Source: an uncultured delta proteobacterium
Lineage (GTDB): Bacteria > Desulfobacterota > Binatia > UBA9968
Assembly: GCA_963816145.1 (NCBI GenBank)
Contig: CAWFJP010000030.1
Span: 544,001 to 608,000, forward strand
Direction of reading: 5' to 3'
DNA: 64,000 bases
The notes under the pieces were generated by a model. The model was not told the DNA's origin. It saw nothing but the letters and a program-made list of their open reading frames with translations, and did not search any database. Positions 51,808 through 62,891 of this stretch are shown here, one piece after another. Position 1 is the stretch's first letter. Every line of letters starts with the position of its first letter. The translations under genes and the position numbers were made by a program.

Positions 51808-52315
51808 TCAGGAAGAACAAGTAGCAGAATGTCTCATGGTCAGTAATTCAAAACAAATGAACCCGAGTAACCCGCCAAAAGTATCCGAGAATAACATCGA
51901 CCATAGAGGAATACCTGGACGGCAAAAGCAGTTGTGTCAGTTCGATTGAATATGAAAATATCAAACTCGTCACGATCACGCTCGTAAGACTCGGCAGCCT
52001 GGCAAGCCTTTTATCGAGTTGCAAGTAAGCGGCTACGCCATAGCCAAAGGGCACAAACAATACAATATTGGCTAGAATGTCGAGCTTAAGAACCTTGCCC
52101 CATTTCAAAACAAAAAAATGCCAGTTTAGATTGGCGGGCGCGCTGATCTTGCCATCGAAAGACCAGAGAGTGAGGATCAGGATGAAACTAATGCTAGTGA
52201 TAATTATTCTTACGCCGATGTGTCTGCCGGTTTTACGCTTGTAAACCGTCGGACCCGACACGACCAAGTCTGAACTGGTCGACAAAAACATCGCAAATCC
52301 ACGTATCAGCCCCAT
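51808..52315 (-). CDS. VanZ-family membrane protein (+1 frameshift near C terminus)
   Basis: ANIVLFVPFG, SIELTQLLLPSRYSSMVDV, then DTFGGLLG in another frame. Confidence 0.65.
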
Positions 52316-52364
52316 AGACCCCGCTTAATCTTGAGTGGGATTTCGTTATAATCGACCTTGGGTT

Positions 52365-53138
52365 TCAGAGTACGGAATTAATTTCGGATGGCTTGAAACT
52401 CTGATCCCGCCAGGGTCCTCTTGGTTTTCGAAGGGTGAAAACCATTACACAACGGTATCGTGAAAGGAACGACAATTTATTAACCAGTATTTCGTACAGG
52501 TATCCCAAAACGTAGCTAAATGCCCACAGCCTTAGGTACTCTGGTCTGCCCTCCCACATCTGGATGTCGACAACTTCGAAACCTGCGTCTGCAGCATAGC
52601 GGGCCACCTCTTCCGGACTATTGCACTTGTAAACCGTTGGGAACGTGTCTTCACCTCGCCGACCGCGCTTTTTGTTGATATACTCATGAAACTGGTGAGG
52701 AGTTAGGCGCGCAATCATCGCGACATAGTGTCTCTTGTTCGGTGTTTTTGCCAAGAAGCATCCATTTGGTTTCAGAACCCGATGCACCTCGGAAAAAAAT
52801 CGGATTGGATCCTGGGCATGTTCGAGCACGTTATTGCTGAAAACAAGCTCGAAGCTGTTGGCGGCATAGGGGATTTCTCCGCTGGGTAACGGCAGGATCT
52901 TAAACTCGTCCAAGAACTGATTTTCCTGGATGGCAGGAGCCGGGTCCACTCCAGCTATACGTTTCGCCATCCCTCTAAAATTCATGGCCTGCACGATGCC
53001 GACGCCAGCTCCTAAGTCCAGAATCGAGTCATTTGTTTGAAGCCTGTTCAATATGTAACCTCTAAATCCATCGTCACCCCAGTTGCCAGTGACGCCGGGA
53101 TAAAGCTTGGAGTCAAGCCATCGTGTTGCGATTGACAT
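52365..53138 (-). CDS. Class I SAM-dependent methyltransferase
   Basis: ILDLGAGVG, VLEHAQDP, RVLKPNG. Confidence 0.88.
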   Translation of the reverse strand: MSIATRWLDSKLYPGVTGNWGDDGFRGYILNRLQTNDSILDLGAGVGIVQAMNFRGMAKRIAGVDPAPAIQENQFLDEFKILPLPSGEIPYAANSFELVFSNNVLEHAQDPIRFFSEVHRVLKPNGCFLAKTPNKRHYVAMIARLTPHQFHEYINKKRGRRGEDTFPTVYKCNSPEEVARYAADAGFEVVDIQMWEGRPEYLRLWAFSYVLGYLYEILVNKLSFLSRYRCVMVFTLRKPRGPWRDQSFKPSEINSVL

Positions 53139-53244
53139 AGCTCACAACATCAAATTATTGGCCGATCTGCGAAAAGTCCGATTTACTATTCCAAGGTGTA
53201 AGGTCCCCGTCGGACAACGCCGGGGGCTTTTAAGTGCCATACAA

Positions 53245-54689
53245 TCAAGATTGAGATTTGATGATATACAGCACAGCGTCACCTTGAAATGGAGCAGTGA
53301 AAGACTGCAGACCGGCACCGGTCACAGCGGGTCCAGCTACGGTTTCGCCCGATGACGGGATTGAACCATTCGACATGGAGCTTACCTGACGTCGTTGTAA
53401 GGTCCACTGTCGCGCTACTCTTATAGATCGATCTTAGCCGGGATTCCAACCAGTAGGGTAAGGGTTTTATCCACGATTCCAGCCGGTGAGATCCCACAGG
53501 CAGATAAACAAGGTATTCAAATCCAGGATTGGCTAGGCAATATTTTGTCGAACATATATCGGGATGCGGGATCATGGCCGCCAAGTTTACCCGTCTCGCG
53601 TATGACAAAGTTTGGCCCATAGCCCTGCGAGCTGATTTATTAGTGGGTGAGAAGTTGGGACTTCCATATGGATCCATGTAGATAGGATTGAGACCTCTGG
53701 TAAAGCTTTTCCATACCCAATCCTGGTCTCCTCCCACCCCAAAAAAGTGATCCGTGTCACTAATCATAACTTTCTTCCCGCTAGCAACGGGCGGATCGTT
53801 ATCATAACTATAACTGGCGCCGTCGTTGCCTGGAGATATCCAATCGGCCGGCCCGGCAAGCAATGCATCCATCGCGCCTTTCCGGCCTTCGTAAAAGTAA
53901 GTCATCCCTACCGGATGTTGTTTTGGCTTCTTCGCTTCATAGGCTTTAATGTAGTTCACGAAGTGATATTGCCAATCCTTTGTTTCGATCGGGCTCTCGT
54001 TCGTAATTTCGTACAATACGTTATCCAAGTCATTGACCGTGTCGACAACCTTTCTGACGTAGGCTTCTTGGAATTTGGTGACGGCGGCTGCGCTCAAGGT
54101 ATGAACTTCCTCCCCTTGGCCGTTGCCGTTCATATCACCGTTCACTCCGTTGACGTTATTTGCCTTGTTGAACGGATGTCCCGGACCAGGGATCGAGGCG
54201 CGCGTTCTTCGATTCGATGCTCCAGCCTTGAAAAAGCATGACGGATACGTAGATGCCGCGATCGCGGGCGCTCGAGACTCTGTCACGTAATCGGTCGAAG
54301 TATTCCTGATTGAATCGGCTCAAATCAAACTTTGGCTCTCCATCCAGTGCCATGCCCGGCCCTGTGCGCTGAAAACAGAAGGGTAAAAATACTCGTTGTT
54401 GTTTGTCTTTGTATGCTCCCAGGTCCATAAACGGATAAAGTTGTGGTTGTGTTGGCGCAGGAAATCCAGGTACGCGTCAAAGTCAAAAGGCCGGCGGTGG
54501 ATATTTATTCCCCTTGTCCTGAAATTGGCCCAGGTATGGGATCCCGTCAAGTATACCGCTCTGCCGCTTACCATCGGTAAAATAGCGAGGATTGGTTGGA
54601 TGAACCTTAAGCGGCCCCATGACCGGGTTAGCTTGCAGAGGGCTCGCTTCAACCAATAAGAATATCCCTGTGAACAAAATGGCAAGCAT
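53245..54689 (-). pseudogene. Secreted glycoside hydrolase-like protein (DUF6298/DUF4038-like with C-terminal beta domain), multiply frameshifted
   Basis: Fragments HPTNPRYF, LTGSHTW, NFIRLW, FDLSRFNQEYFDRL, YEITNE, VEWFNP, APFQGDAVLY lie in successive frames. Confidence 0.65.
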
Positions 54690-54764
54690 TCTTACAAAAG
54701 GAGACCGGTTTTGCGAAAAGTTGATGCGGGTCTCGAAACTCCTGGTCAGACGTACTAGAAGAAG

Positions 54765-56924
54765 TCACGGCCCGAAGTCATAAGCCCCGATATCACACGT
54801 TCCGGTTGTTCGTGACTTGCCATCGAAGTCGACCGTAGCGCAGTACGTAGAATCACCTGTACCTTTTAAGGGTGAACTGCTCAGCAGATGCAGGTCTCCC
54901 GCCTGCGCATTAACGAAACCCGCCTCGCTGCCATTGGCGGTAACGACTGCCTTGGTAATGCCAGCAGTATCACCCATCATTGATTTATAACTGTTGAGAA
55001 AATCTTTCACGCTATTGTTGCCCCAAATCCAATTGGTGTTCGGCCAGACAAAGAACCCGTTGTGCGAGAACCTCACACCGTTCTGTGGATCCTTGGGATC
55101 TGGGTTCCACATTGTGTTCATGTTTTGTTGCGATGGATTAAGCGCTAAGTAACAGGCGTTGTTGGCAATCGTGTTATTTGGGATATGATTGATAAAGAAG
55201 CAGGCCTTATCTGACGAGTTTGGTCGAGGATAGTCAAACTGAACGATCGTGTTATTACGGATTGTAGAATTGTTCAGATCAGAGATATTCATCCCTCGCT
55301 GATTGTTGATAAAAAGATTGTTTTCGATCAAGTAATTGGTGCCCTGCATGCCATCGAACCTGTTTTGTAGCCCGGATCCAGTATTGAAAATAAACTTGTT
55401 GCGCCTGACGGTTACGCGAGCGATAGCCGGATAGCCAGTTGCGTTGCCCAAGTAAATTCCATGACAATGAACGTATCCGAATCCTTGGGCTGTGTGATCG
55501 GCCCAAATGTCGCTGACGCAGTTTTTGGGTCCTAAACCATTGCGTTCAAACGTGTTGCCTTCAAACAGAAGATCTGGGACACCATTGGCATAGACCCCCA
55601 TGAAACTCGCATCGTGAATCCAATTATTGCGAATCGTGATATGTCCAGCTTTTTGTATGCTCGCATACTGACCGTAGTCATGATACATGGTAAGGATATT
55701 ATCGGCTTGAGTAAGTTCGAATCCTTCAACTAGAATCCATTCGCCATAGATCATCAAGTTGCCATTAACTTTCGGAGAATGACCAGGGTAGTTAACTAGG
55801 GCCAAGGGCAGGTTTTGTGTGCCGCTCTTCTTAGCTAGAATTGTCAGGTTAGCGTTATAAGTTCCGGTCTTGACCTGAATTGTATCGCCCGGTTGGGATG
55901 CATCAATGGCTGCCTGAATATTACTGTACTGCCCACTACCATCTTGGCTAACGACCAAAATACGTTGGTTCACGGGTTTGCAAGGAGCTACGGACAATCC
56001 GGTCTCACAAGTGGTGCTGGTGGTAGCTGTAAACCAAGCACTCGCCTCTTGGCTATCGTTGTACCCGGTCAAATAAGCCTTCGCCTTGACAAGAGCGGTG
56101 TTTGTTAGTGTGAAGGCACGATTGTAACCAGTTTGCACGAGCCGCGGATCGTCAGTGCCACTGAGAGCGCGGTCGTGTTACCGAACTTCATCGAGCACGC
56201 CGGACAAAGAACAAGTTGGTACCGCGATTAGCTCCGACCTTCAATGCTTGAATGCTCCCGGCAAAAGGACGGAGGCTGACTCTTTCAAAACACCATTCAC
56301 ATACAGCCTTATCGCCGTTCCATCAAAGGTAGCGGTCAAGAACTGCCAGATCGGTGGTGTATCGACCAAAACACAAGAGATATGTTTTGCCCAGCGTTAC
56401 TATGGCCATAGAAGCGATATTGATTGAATTGCAGCCCAACTGCTGGTTCCACCAATATCGATTTGGAATGTATTGCTAGCCGGAGAATCGGCCGAGGCAA
56501 AAATCCCGCTCCACTCGGCCTGGTTCGTTTTATTCGCCTTGGCCCATAGAGAAACTGAAAATGAGCCGGTCTGAGCCGCAGAACTCGCCTTTACGTAATC
56601 GTTTGCTCCGTCAAAACTCAGGCCCCCCCCAACTTTCCCTGCGGTAAAAGTAGGACTATTGATTAACGTCCCTGTATTACCATTGCCGGAATAGTCGCTA
56701 GCGGCAATCAACGATCCCTCATCGAATTTCCAAAAAGCAGTGAGCCCGCTTGATGTTTGACCCGTGGCCAGACTAGTGACTGGGATGGCCACACTAAGCA
56801 ACAGGAACACAGCTTGGAACAAAATGGCGACCGACAGCACTGTGCTCGACAGTCCTATTTTCGAAAACGAAAAGTAGGGACACGGTGAAGCAGAATTTAG
56901 TCCGCTTGCAGCGATCGAAATCAC
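54765..56924 (-). pseudogene. Secreted LamG + Fn3-associated + beta-helix protein; N-terminal part frameshifted, 54765-56138 open
   Basis: WKFDEG...DYSGNGNTGTL...FDGANDYV, TFDGTAIRLYVNG, DEVR; VKAKAY; beta-helix paralogous to 46780-48033. Confidence 0.7.
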
Positions 56925-56964
56925 TTTTATACGATCCTAAGCTATTTATTCCGATCGTTTTCGC

Positions 56965-57693
56965 TTAGCATGACTTGTTCAAGGGTTTGATGCTGATATC
57001 GGTCACTTCAGCCGTGCGCGGCATACTCAAGGCGGCAAGCACGATTTTGGCTAAGTCTTCCGGCTGTATCAACTGCTCCGGAATATAGGGCCGCTTCTCG
57101 ATCTCATGTATCAGCGCTTGCATCGGCGTCGCAGTCCTGCCCAGAAGCACTGTCAAAACCCGCATCCCTAGCGGGTTTATTTCTTCGCGGAGACTATCCG
57201 CCATCGACTTCAGCGCATGCTTAGTCGCCGCGTACTGTACCGAATGTACCCCCGCGTGCAACAATACCACTCGGGAGTTCAAGAACACGATTTGCCCTTG
57301 ATGCGATTTCAGCATCGGTAACAGCGCTTGAGTCAGTACGTAGGGAGCGCGGACGTTGATGCGATATTGCCAATCCAGGTCTTCTACCGGCGCGTCGGCA
57401 AACCATCCCCGGGCGATCGCGCCGGCACCGTGCACGACGAGGTCGACAAATCCAAATTCCCTCTGTATCCGCTTCGCGAACTCGCTGACCGCGTCATCGT
57501 CGGTCAAATCGAGCTGGTAGGAAAACAATTGCTCACTTAATTGGCTACCCTTCGCGACGGCATCCAAACTCTCTTTGATGCGTCCCACTAGGCAGACTTT
57601 GGCGCCTACCGCCGCCAGCTCCAGAGCAATGGCTTTGCCGATGCCACTGCTCGCACCCGTGACGACCGCGACCTGATCTAAAAAGTTAGCCAT
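56965..57693 (-). CDS. Short-chain dehydrogenase/reductase
   Basis: TGASSGIG, YAATK. Confidence 0.9.
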   Translation of the reverse strand: MANFLDQVAVVTGASSGIGKAIALELAAVGAKVCLVGRIKESLDAVAKGSQLSEQLFSYQLDLTDDDAVSEFAKRIQREFGFVDLVVHGAGAIARGWFADAPVEDLDWQYRINVRAPYVLTQALLPMLKSHQGQIVFLNSRVVLLHAGVHSVQYAATKHALKSMADSLREEINPLGMRVLTVLLGRTATPMQALIHEIEKRPYIPEQLIQPEDLAKIVLAALSMPRTAEVTDISIKPLNKSC

Positions 57694-57716
57694 GACTTAG
57701 CTTCTTAAGGGATTTG

Positions 57717-59054
57717 CTATTCCCCTTGCGTTTCCCTTAGCAGACAGTGGTCGACTAGCTTGTCGGCAGCATTTTTGATCGCTGCGAATTTCATCGCGGA
57801 TCGTTCCGCGATGTCGAGCAACGTATACCGCCCATCGGAGCAATTGAGCACCCACAACATGGCCAGCTCGGATTCTTTTCCGCCACTCTGGCCGCCGGTC
57901 ATGCTATACAGTCCTCTCTTTCCGAGCTGGGGTTCACACTTGGGGTTTTGATTTAGATAGCGATTATTATGCTCAAGAACTTCGAAGACCGCCAGATATT
58001 TCGCCAGCGAATCAGCGAGTGATTCGGGGCGAACCAGGTCCAAGTCATCCGCCGATGTATGGTATTGCGGATAGCGGCCGTGCGGCGTGCGCATTAGGCA
58101 GCCCACCGGGAGGTTAAAGCCCGGGGAGCAGTATTGTCGCTCATCATAACCGTACGGAGAAAAGTCGAGAATCTCGTAGCGATCGCCCGACTGTCTCAAA
58201 ACATGCTCCACCGCTCGGTCGATTTCCGCGTCGCCCCGACGTGATCTTTTGTACGTCATCGGTCCGGCATCGCCGGCGCACGCCACGACCAAGCCGTGGC
58301 GCACTCTGGCAACCCGATCTTCGTTGAGCGCGAGCCATGTGATGGGCCCGATGGCCCCAGGCACAAACAAAAACCTGTAAGAAAATCTCCGCCGTTGATT
58401 CGCGAGGACCTGTGCCAGAAAGGTTGCCACGGCAATTCCGGCGAGATTGTCATTCGCCAATGACGGATGACAGACGTGCGTCGATATCAAGATCTCCTCT
58501 TGGGTCTCGCCCTGCAGAAAACACTCGCCGAACGTTAGATGACCGTCCTCCAGGGAAGATTCGATGACGACTTCGTATTCATCTTCGCGCAATGTTTCGA
58601 ATTGCCGGTGCGATAAACAGAAGCCCCACCTTTCGCTGTAATAGGAGGTCCGGTAGGGAATCCAATCGGGATGTTCCGGCGCCGTAAACAAGTGCTCTTT
58701 CAATTCAGCAAGCGACACTTTCTTCCGCACCGGCGCGCTATAGTTCAACACATGAAGATTGCAATGTTTGAAATCGATGATCTTTTCGCCTTTTGAATCT
58801 TTAATGTATGCTTCGGTGACATTCCATTCTCTCGGCACTGTCCAGTCGAACACCTGGGTTCCCGTCGGGATCTCGTGAATCTTCACCGGGATGCGCTCGG
58901 TCAATATTTTCAGTGTTTCCCGTACTCCGTTCCCCGTAATGCTGCGACAGATGGGAAACAGACGAGCGACCAGGTTGTGAAGTTCCGCACCCACGGACCG
59001 TGAGCCGGTGATTGCGTCATTTGTCATATCATTCGCGCTTTTCAAGATAGTCAT
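57717..59054 (-). CDS. DUF4910-family protein (M28 peptidase-like fold with C-terminal HTH)
   Basis: PICRSITGNGVR, FDWTVPREW, HPSLANDN, DERQYCSPG, EPQLGKRGLY. Confidence 0.8.
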   Translation of the reverse strand: MTILKSANDMTNDAITGSRSVGAELHNLVARLFPICRSITGNGVRETLKILTERIPVKIHEIPTGTQVFDWTVPREWNVTEAYIKDSKGEKIIDFKHCNLHVLNYSAPVRKKVSLAELKEHLFTAPEHPDWIPYRTSYYSERWGFCLSHRQFETLREDEYEVVIESSLEDGHLTFGECFLQGETQEEILISTHVCHPSLANDNLAGIAVATFLAQVLANQRRRFSYRFLFVPGAIGPITWLALNEDRVARVRHGLVVACAGDAGPMTYKRSRRGDAEIDRAVEHVLRQSGDRYEILDFSPYGYDERQYCSPGFNLPVGCLMRTPHGRYPQYHTSADDLDLVRPESLADSLAKYLAVFEVLEHNNRYLNQNPKCEPQLGKRGLYSMTGGQSGGKESELAMLWVLNCSDGRYTLLDIAERSAMKFAAIKNAADKLVDHCLLRETQGE

Positions 59055-59077
59055 TGAACACACAGGTGGCGCGCGCC

Positions 59078-60340
59078 TCAGGACACGATCCTGACTTCCG
59101 GAACGGGGACGATAAATTTTCCCCCACGGCTAAGATACTCGGCTTGTTGCTGAACAATCTCGTCGGCGAAGTTCCAGGCCAACAACAGCACGTAGTCGGG
59201 TTGATCCGCGATAAGACGTTGGGGTGGAACAACCGGAATGTGCTGGCCGGGAGTGTACAACCCCTGCTTGAGACTACTTCGGTCAGCAATGTAGGCCAGG
59301 TGTTCCGGACCAATATCGAGGTAGCTCAGTAAAGTGTTGCCCTTCGCCGGTGCGCCGTATCCGGCCAGCCTTTTTCCGGCAGCACGGAGTTCCCCTATCG
59401 TGGCGTGAAGATCGGTTTTGATCTTTCGCGTTGTTTCGGCAAAGCGCCGGTAGGTGTCGAATTGATCGATTCCCAAGGATCGTTCTTTTCGAAGCATCTC
59501 ATCGACACTCGATTGCTTGTTTCCTTCTCCTTTGCGCTGAACGAACACTCGCAGTTGCCCATGGTGAATGGGCAGACGTTCAACGTGAACTACTTCCATT
59601 CCCGCATGATCGAAAAGATAAACCATCGGCCCTAATGCCCAGTAAGAAACATGCTCATGGTAAATGGTGTCAAAGGCACCTTGTTCCAAGAGGTCCACCA
59701 GATAATGTGCTTCAATAACAAACGCACCGCCGGTCGCGAGAGCGGTTTTGAGGCCGGTAATAAAATCATAAAGGTCCGGGATGTGAGGGAAAGTGTTGGT
59801 CGCGGTGATGACCTTCGCCGTGCCCCACTTTGCGACGATCTCTTTGGCCGTCGTTGCGGAGAAAAACCCTACATACCGATCGATGCCATTACCACTCGCC
59901 AACTCGGCCAAGTTAGCGGCGGGATCGACCCCAAGGACCTTCACCCCGTGGCGCTGAAAACCGCCTAGCAAAGTGCCGTCGTTACAGCCGATGTCGATGA
60001 CGAGATCCTCCCCACCCAGCCGGAAACGTTCGACGACGACGTCACTGAGTTCATATAAATGGTTCTTCAAAGTATCGGAAGCGGACGAGACATATAAATA
60101 GTCCTCGAACATCGCTTGGGGAGGCACGATATCGGTCAATTGCACGTGGCCACATTGGTGGCAGAAACCGACGCGCAAAGGGTAGCTCGACTCTTGCGCC
60201 GCGAGATCTCCATGAGCTAAAAATTTATTGGCGAGCGCGGTATGACCGAGATCCAGAAATTGCTCCACGGTTGTCTGGCTACAGACAATGCATTTTGTCC
60301 TCAGGCTCGAGCTATTTTGAGATTCGTTAGGGTTATCCAT
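59078..60340 (-). CDS. NDP-sugar C-methyltransferase (Zn-binding, class I SAM)
   Basis: CIVC...CHQC, DIGCNDG, FDTIYHEH, YGAPAKGNT, LLAWNF. Confidence 0.88.
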   Translation of the reverse strand: MDNPNESQNSSSLRTKCIVCSQTTVEQFLDLGHTALANKFLAHGDLAAQESSYPLRVGFCHQCGHVQLTDIVPPQAMFEDYLYVSSASDTLKNHLYELSDVVVERFRLGGEDLVIDIGCNDGTLLGGFQRHGVKVLGVDPAANLAELASGNGIDRYVGFFSATTAKEIVAKWGTAKVITATNTFPHIPDLYDFITGLKTALATGGAFVIEAHYLVDLLEQGAFDTIYHEHVSYWALGPMVYLFDHAGMEVVHVERLPIHHGQLRVFVQRKGEGNKQSSVDEMLRKERSLGIDQFDTYRRFAETTRKIKTDLHATIGELRAAGKRLAGYGAPAKGNTLLSYLDIGPEHLAYIADRSSLKQGLYTPGQHIPVVPPQRLIADQPDYVLLLAWNFADEIVQQQAEYLSRGGKFIVPVPEVRIVS

Positions 60341-60343
60341 TCG

Positions 60344-61360
60344 TTACTCCACTAAAAGAATTTGAGATCCGTGTACTTCCGGTCCGACGGGAACGGCGGT
60401 CAAATCAGACAGGGCTGCGCAGACCGAACCCTGCCGCTCTTGAGGGACGATAAAAAGCAAAAACCCACCGCCTCCGGCGCCGCATAGTTTCCCGCCGATA
60501 GCCCCTGCCTGCAGCGCTTTTTGATACCAGCAATCGATCTGCCCAGTCGTTATGGTGCTTGCCAATTGCCGTTTCAGACGCCATCCCTCGTCCAGAATGA
60601 CACCGAACGCCGTCAAGTCATGATGTCCATTGGAAAGCAGTTTTTGCAGCCGTTTCGCCTGCTCGCGCATCATGATCAAGGATTCCATTTTCTCGGCGGT
60701 ATTTTTTTTCTGTTCGGTTAGAACCGAACTGCTGTCGCGCTGGTGCCCCGTCCAAAACATAAGGACCTGATCGAACAAGGCATTCACTGTACCGTTGAGC
60801 GCGCGCACCGGATCTACCGTCACGTCGCCCCCGGGCTTGAAGCAGAAGAGGTTGAGACCGCCGAATGCGGCGGCATACTGGTCTTGCTTTCCTATGGGTT
60901 CCTGAAGCACGTCTATTTCGATGTAAGATGCCTCTTCCGCCAGTTGCCCCGCCGATACCCGTTCGCCGCGGTAGGCGTGCAGCGCGTTCAACAAACCGAC
61001 GGCAAAGCTGCTCGATCCCCCCAGGCCGGTCGAGGCCGGGAGATCTCCGACGGTGCTGATATAAATTGGCGGGGCGATGTCCAAAAACTTCAGACATTCG
61101 CGGGCAATTTTATTTTCGATCTCATCGACGCGCTGGACTTGCTCGCTCTTTGAATAGTTTAGACGAATCGCCTCGTTGAACACATCGCCGTGGCGTTTGA
61201 CCGTCACATAGATGTACTTATTGATCGCAGTGCTCAGGACGTTGCCATGATCGGCCTCGTAGAACGCGGCCAGATCGGTGCCACCGCCAGCAAAACTCAC
61301 TCGCAGCGGCGTCCGCGTGAGAACAAATCCGGGATTCATTGTTTTCCTGAAATCAGCCAT
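60344..61360 (-). CDS. hddA: D-glycero-alpha-D-manno-heptose-7-phosphate kinase-like GHMP kinase
   Basis: TPLRVSFAGGGTD, GLGGSSS, GKQDQY, GGKLCGAGGGGF. Confidence 0.8.
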   Translation of the reverse strand: MADFRKTMNPGFVLTRTPLRVSFAGGGTDLAAFYEADHGNVLSTAINKYIYVTVKRHGDVFNEAIRLNYSKSEQVQRVDEIENKIARECLKFLDIAPPIYISTVGDLPASTGLGGSSSFAVGLLNALHAYRGERVSAGQLAEEASYIEIDVLQEPIGKQDQYAAAFGGLNLFCFKPGGDVTVDPVRALNGTVNALFDQVLMFWTGHQRDSSSVLTEQKKNTAEKMESLIMMREQAKRLQKLLSNGHHDLTAFGVILDEGWRLKRQLASTITTGQIDCWYQKALQAGAIGGKLCGAGGGGFLLFIVPQERQGSVCAALSDLTAVPVGPEVHGSQILLVE

Positions 61361-61803
61361 GCTTAAGCGCCCAGTCATAGGGAATTTCCGAACTGGAAGG
61401 GTCCAGCCGCAAGCATTTCCTCGGGATCGTGTGGCTCCGTGGCGCAGTTTGCCATGATAACCATCTTGTCTCCGTACGCTTTGTAGCCATTGGCGATACC
61501 CGGGGGAATTTGCACGAGACAGTAATTATCCTCGCCGAAAAATATTTCCTGCAACTGATTCTTAGTCGGCGAATCTTTGCGAATATCGTACAAGACTAGC
61601 TTTGCCCGCCCTTGCATGACCGCGTTATTCACCGTCATGGTTTGATGAATATGCCACGCCTTAACCGTGCCGGGCCAAGCGCAGGAAAAATAGATCTCAC
61701 CGAACCGTATGAAATGCGGATCGGTGGCCTTAAGCATGTGCATGATTTTTCCTCGTTCGTCGACGATTTGACGCAACGGTACGATTTTTACACCGTCGAT
61801 CAT
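61353..61803 (-). CDS. RmlC-like cupin (NDP-keto-sugar epimerase family); +1 frameshift near C terminus
   Basis: DERG, VKAWHIH, IPPGIANG; removing one base near 61411 restores LRLDP...IPYDW. Confidence 0.75.
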
Positions 61804-61804
61804 G

Positions 61805-62890
61805 TTAGATACCTCCCGCTGCCAGTTGCGCGGTTTCCACCTGCCAGCGCAGCGACTGATCCAGTTGGCCGGAATCAAGCAGGTGCTGCAGCCATTTGAG
61901 GCGGGTAAATCGCTTGTCGGTGAACTGATCGTGGGTCAATCCGATTCTCTTGAAAGTATCGTATAACTCCCGTGCTCCTTGCTGCGCCGACCACAGAAAA
62001 GAAAAATTCGGAAACACCCGGGCGAACTTGCCAAAGTCCGCTTTATAGGTCCGTTGATCGGCGCCGGACTGCGCGAGCACTTCAAGTTTGCAATCCGGAA
62101 CGGTTTCGGCGACGATCGCCGCCAACTCGAAAATTTGATGGTTCAAATGATTTGCGCCATTGTTGAAGGCCTGGTTCCAAACGTCGGCAAGGGGAGCTTC
62201 TAGTACGGCGAGAAAAGCTCGGGAGACGTCCTGGACATGCACGACCGGCCGCCACGGTTTGCCGTCACTGAAAAGCGTAACCTTTCCGGTGGTCATGGCC
62301 ATTCCCATCAAATCGTTTAAAACCGTGTCAAAGCGCATACGCGGTGAGACCCCGTAAACTGTCCCATTGCGCAAAAACGTCGGCGAAAAGTTATCCGAAG
62401 CCAATGCAGAAATCGCGCGTTCACTTTTAACCTTGGATCGAGCGTATTCGGTCTTGGGATCGAGCGGTGACTCTTCGGTGACGACCGCTGCTTCCGACAT
62501 GCCGTACATGATGCACGACGACGAGAAGAGAAACCGGCGAACTCCGGCCTCTTTCGCAAGTTCGGCGAGTCTAACCGAGGAATGGTGATTGATTTCCTCG
62601 GTCCACTTTTCATTCATGTTGCCGATCGGATCATTGCTCAAAGCCGCCAAATGTACGACGGCATCAAAGCCACGCAGATCGTCGATATCGACGGCGCGAA
62701 TGTCTTTGCGCAGCCACGTTATCGGAGTGACGTCGGGCACGAGCGTGCACGGGCTGTAATAGCCGGTATCCAGGCCGACAACTTGGTGCCCGGCCTGGAC
62801 AAAATGGGGAGCCAGAACGGACCCTATGTAACCGTTGTGACCGGTTACCAAAACACGTTGAGCAGATTTCTTGCCATTACCATTGATCAT
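61805..62890 (-). CDS. NAD-dependent NDP-sugar epimerase/dehydratase
   Basis: TGHNGYIG, HLAALSNDP, YARSK, WRPVVHVQD. Confidence 0.9.
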   Translation of the reverse strand: MINGNGKKSAQRVLVTGHNGYIGSVLAPHFVQAGHQVVGLDTGYYSPCTLVPDVTPITWLRKDIRAVDIDDLRGFDAVVHLAALSNDPIGNMNEKWTEEINHHSSVRLAELAKEAGVRRFLFSSSCIMYGMSEAAVVTEESPLDPKTEYARSKVKSERAISALASDNFSPTFLRNGTVYGVSPRMRFDTVLNDLMGMAMTTGKVTLFSDGKPWRPVVHVQDVSRAFLAVLEAPLADVWNQAFNNGANHLNHQIFELAAIVAETVPDCKLEVLAQSGADQRTYKADFGKFARVFPNFSFLWSAQQGARELYDTFKRIGLTHDQFTDKRFTRLKWLQHLLDSGQLDQSLRWQVETAQLAAGGI

Positions 62891-62891
62891 T

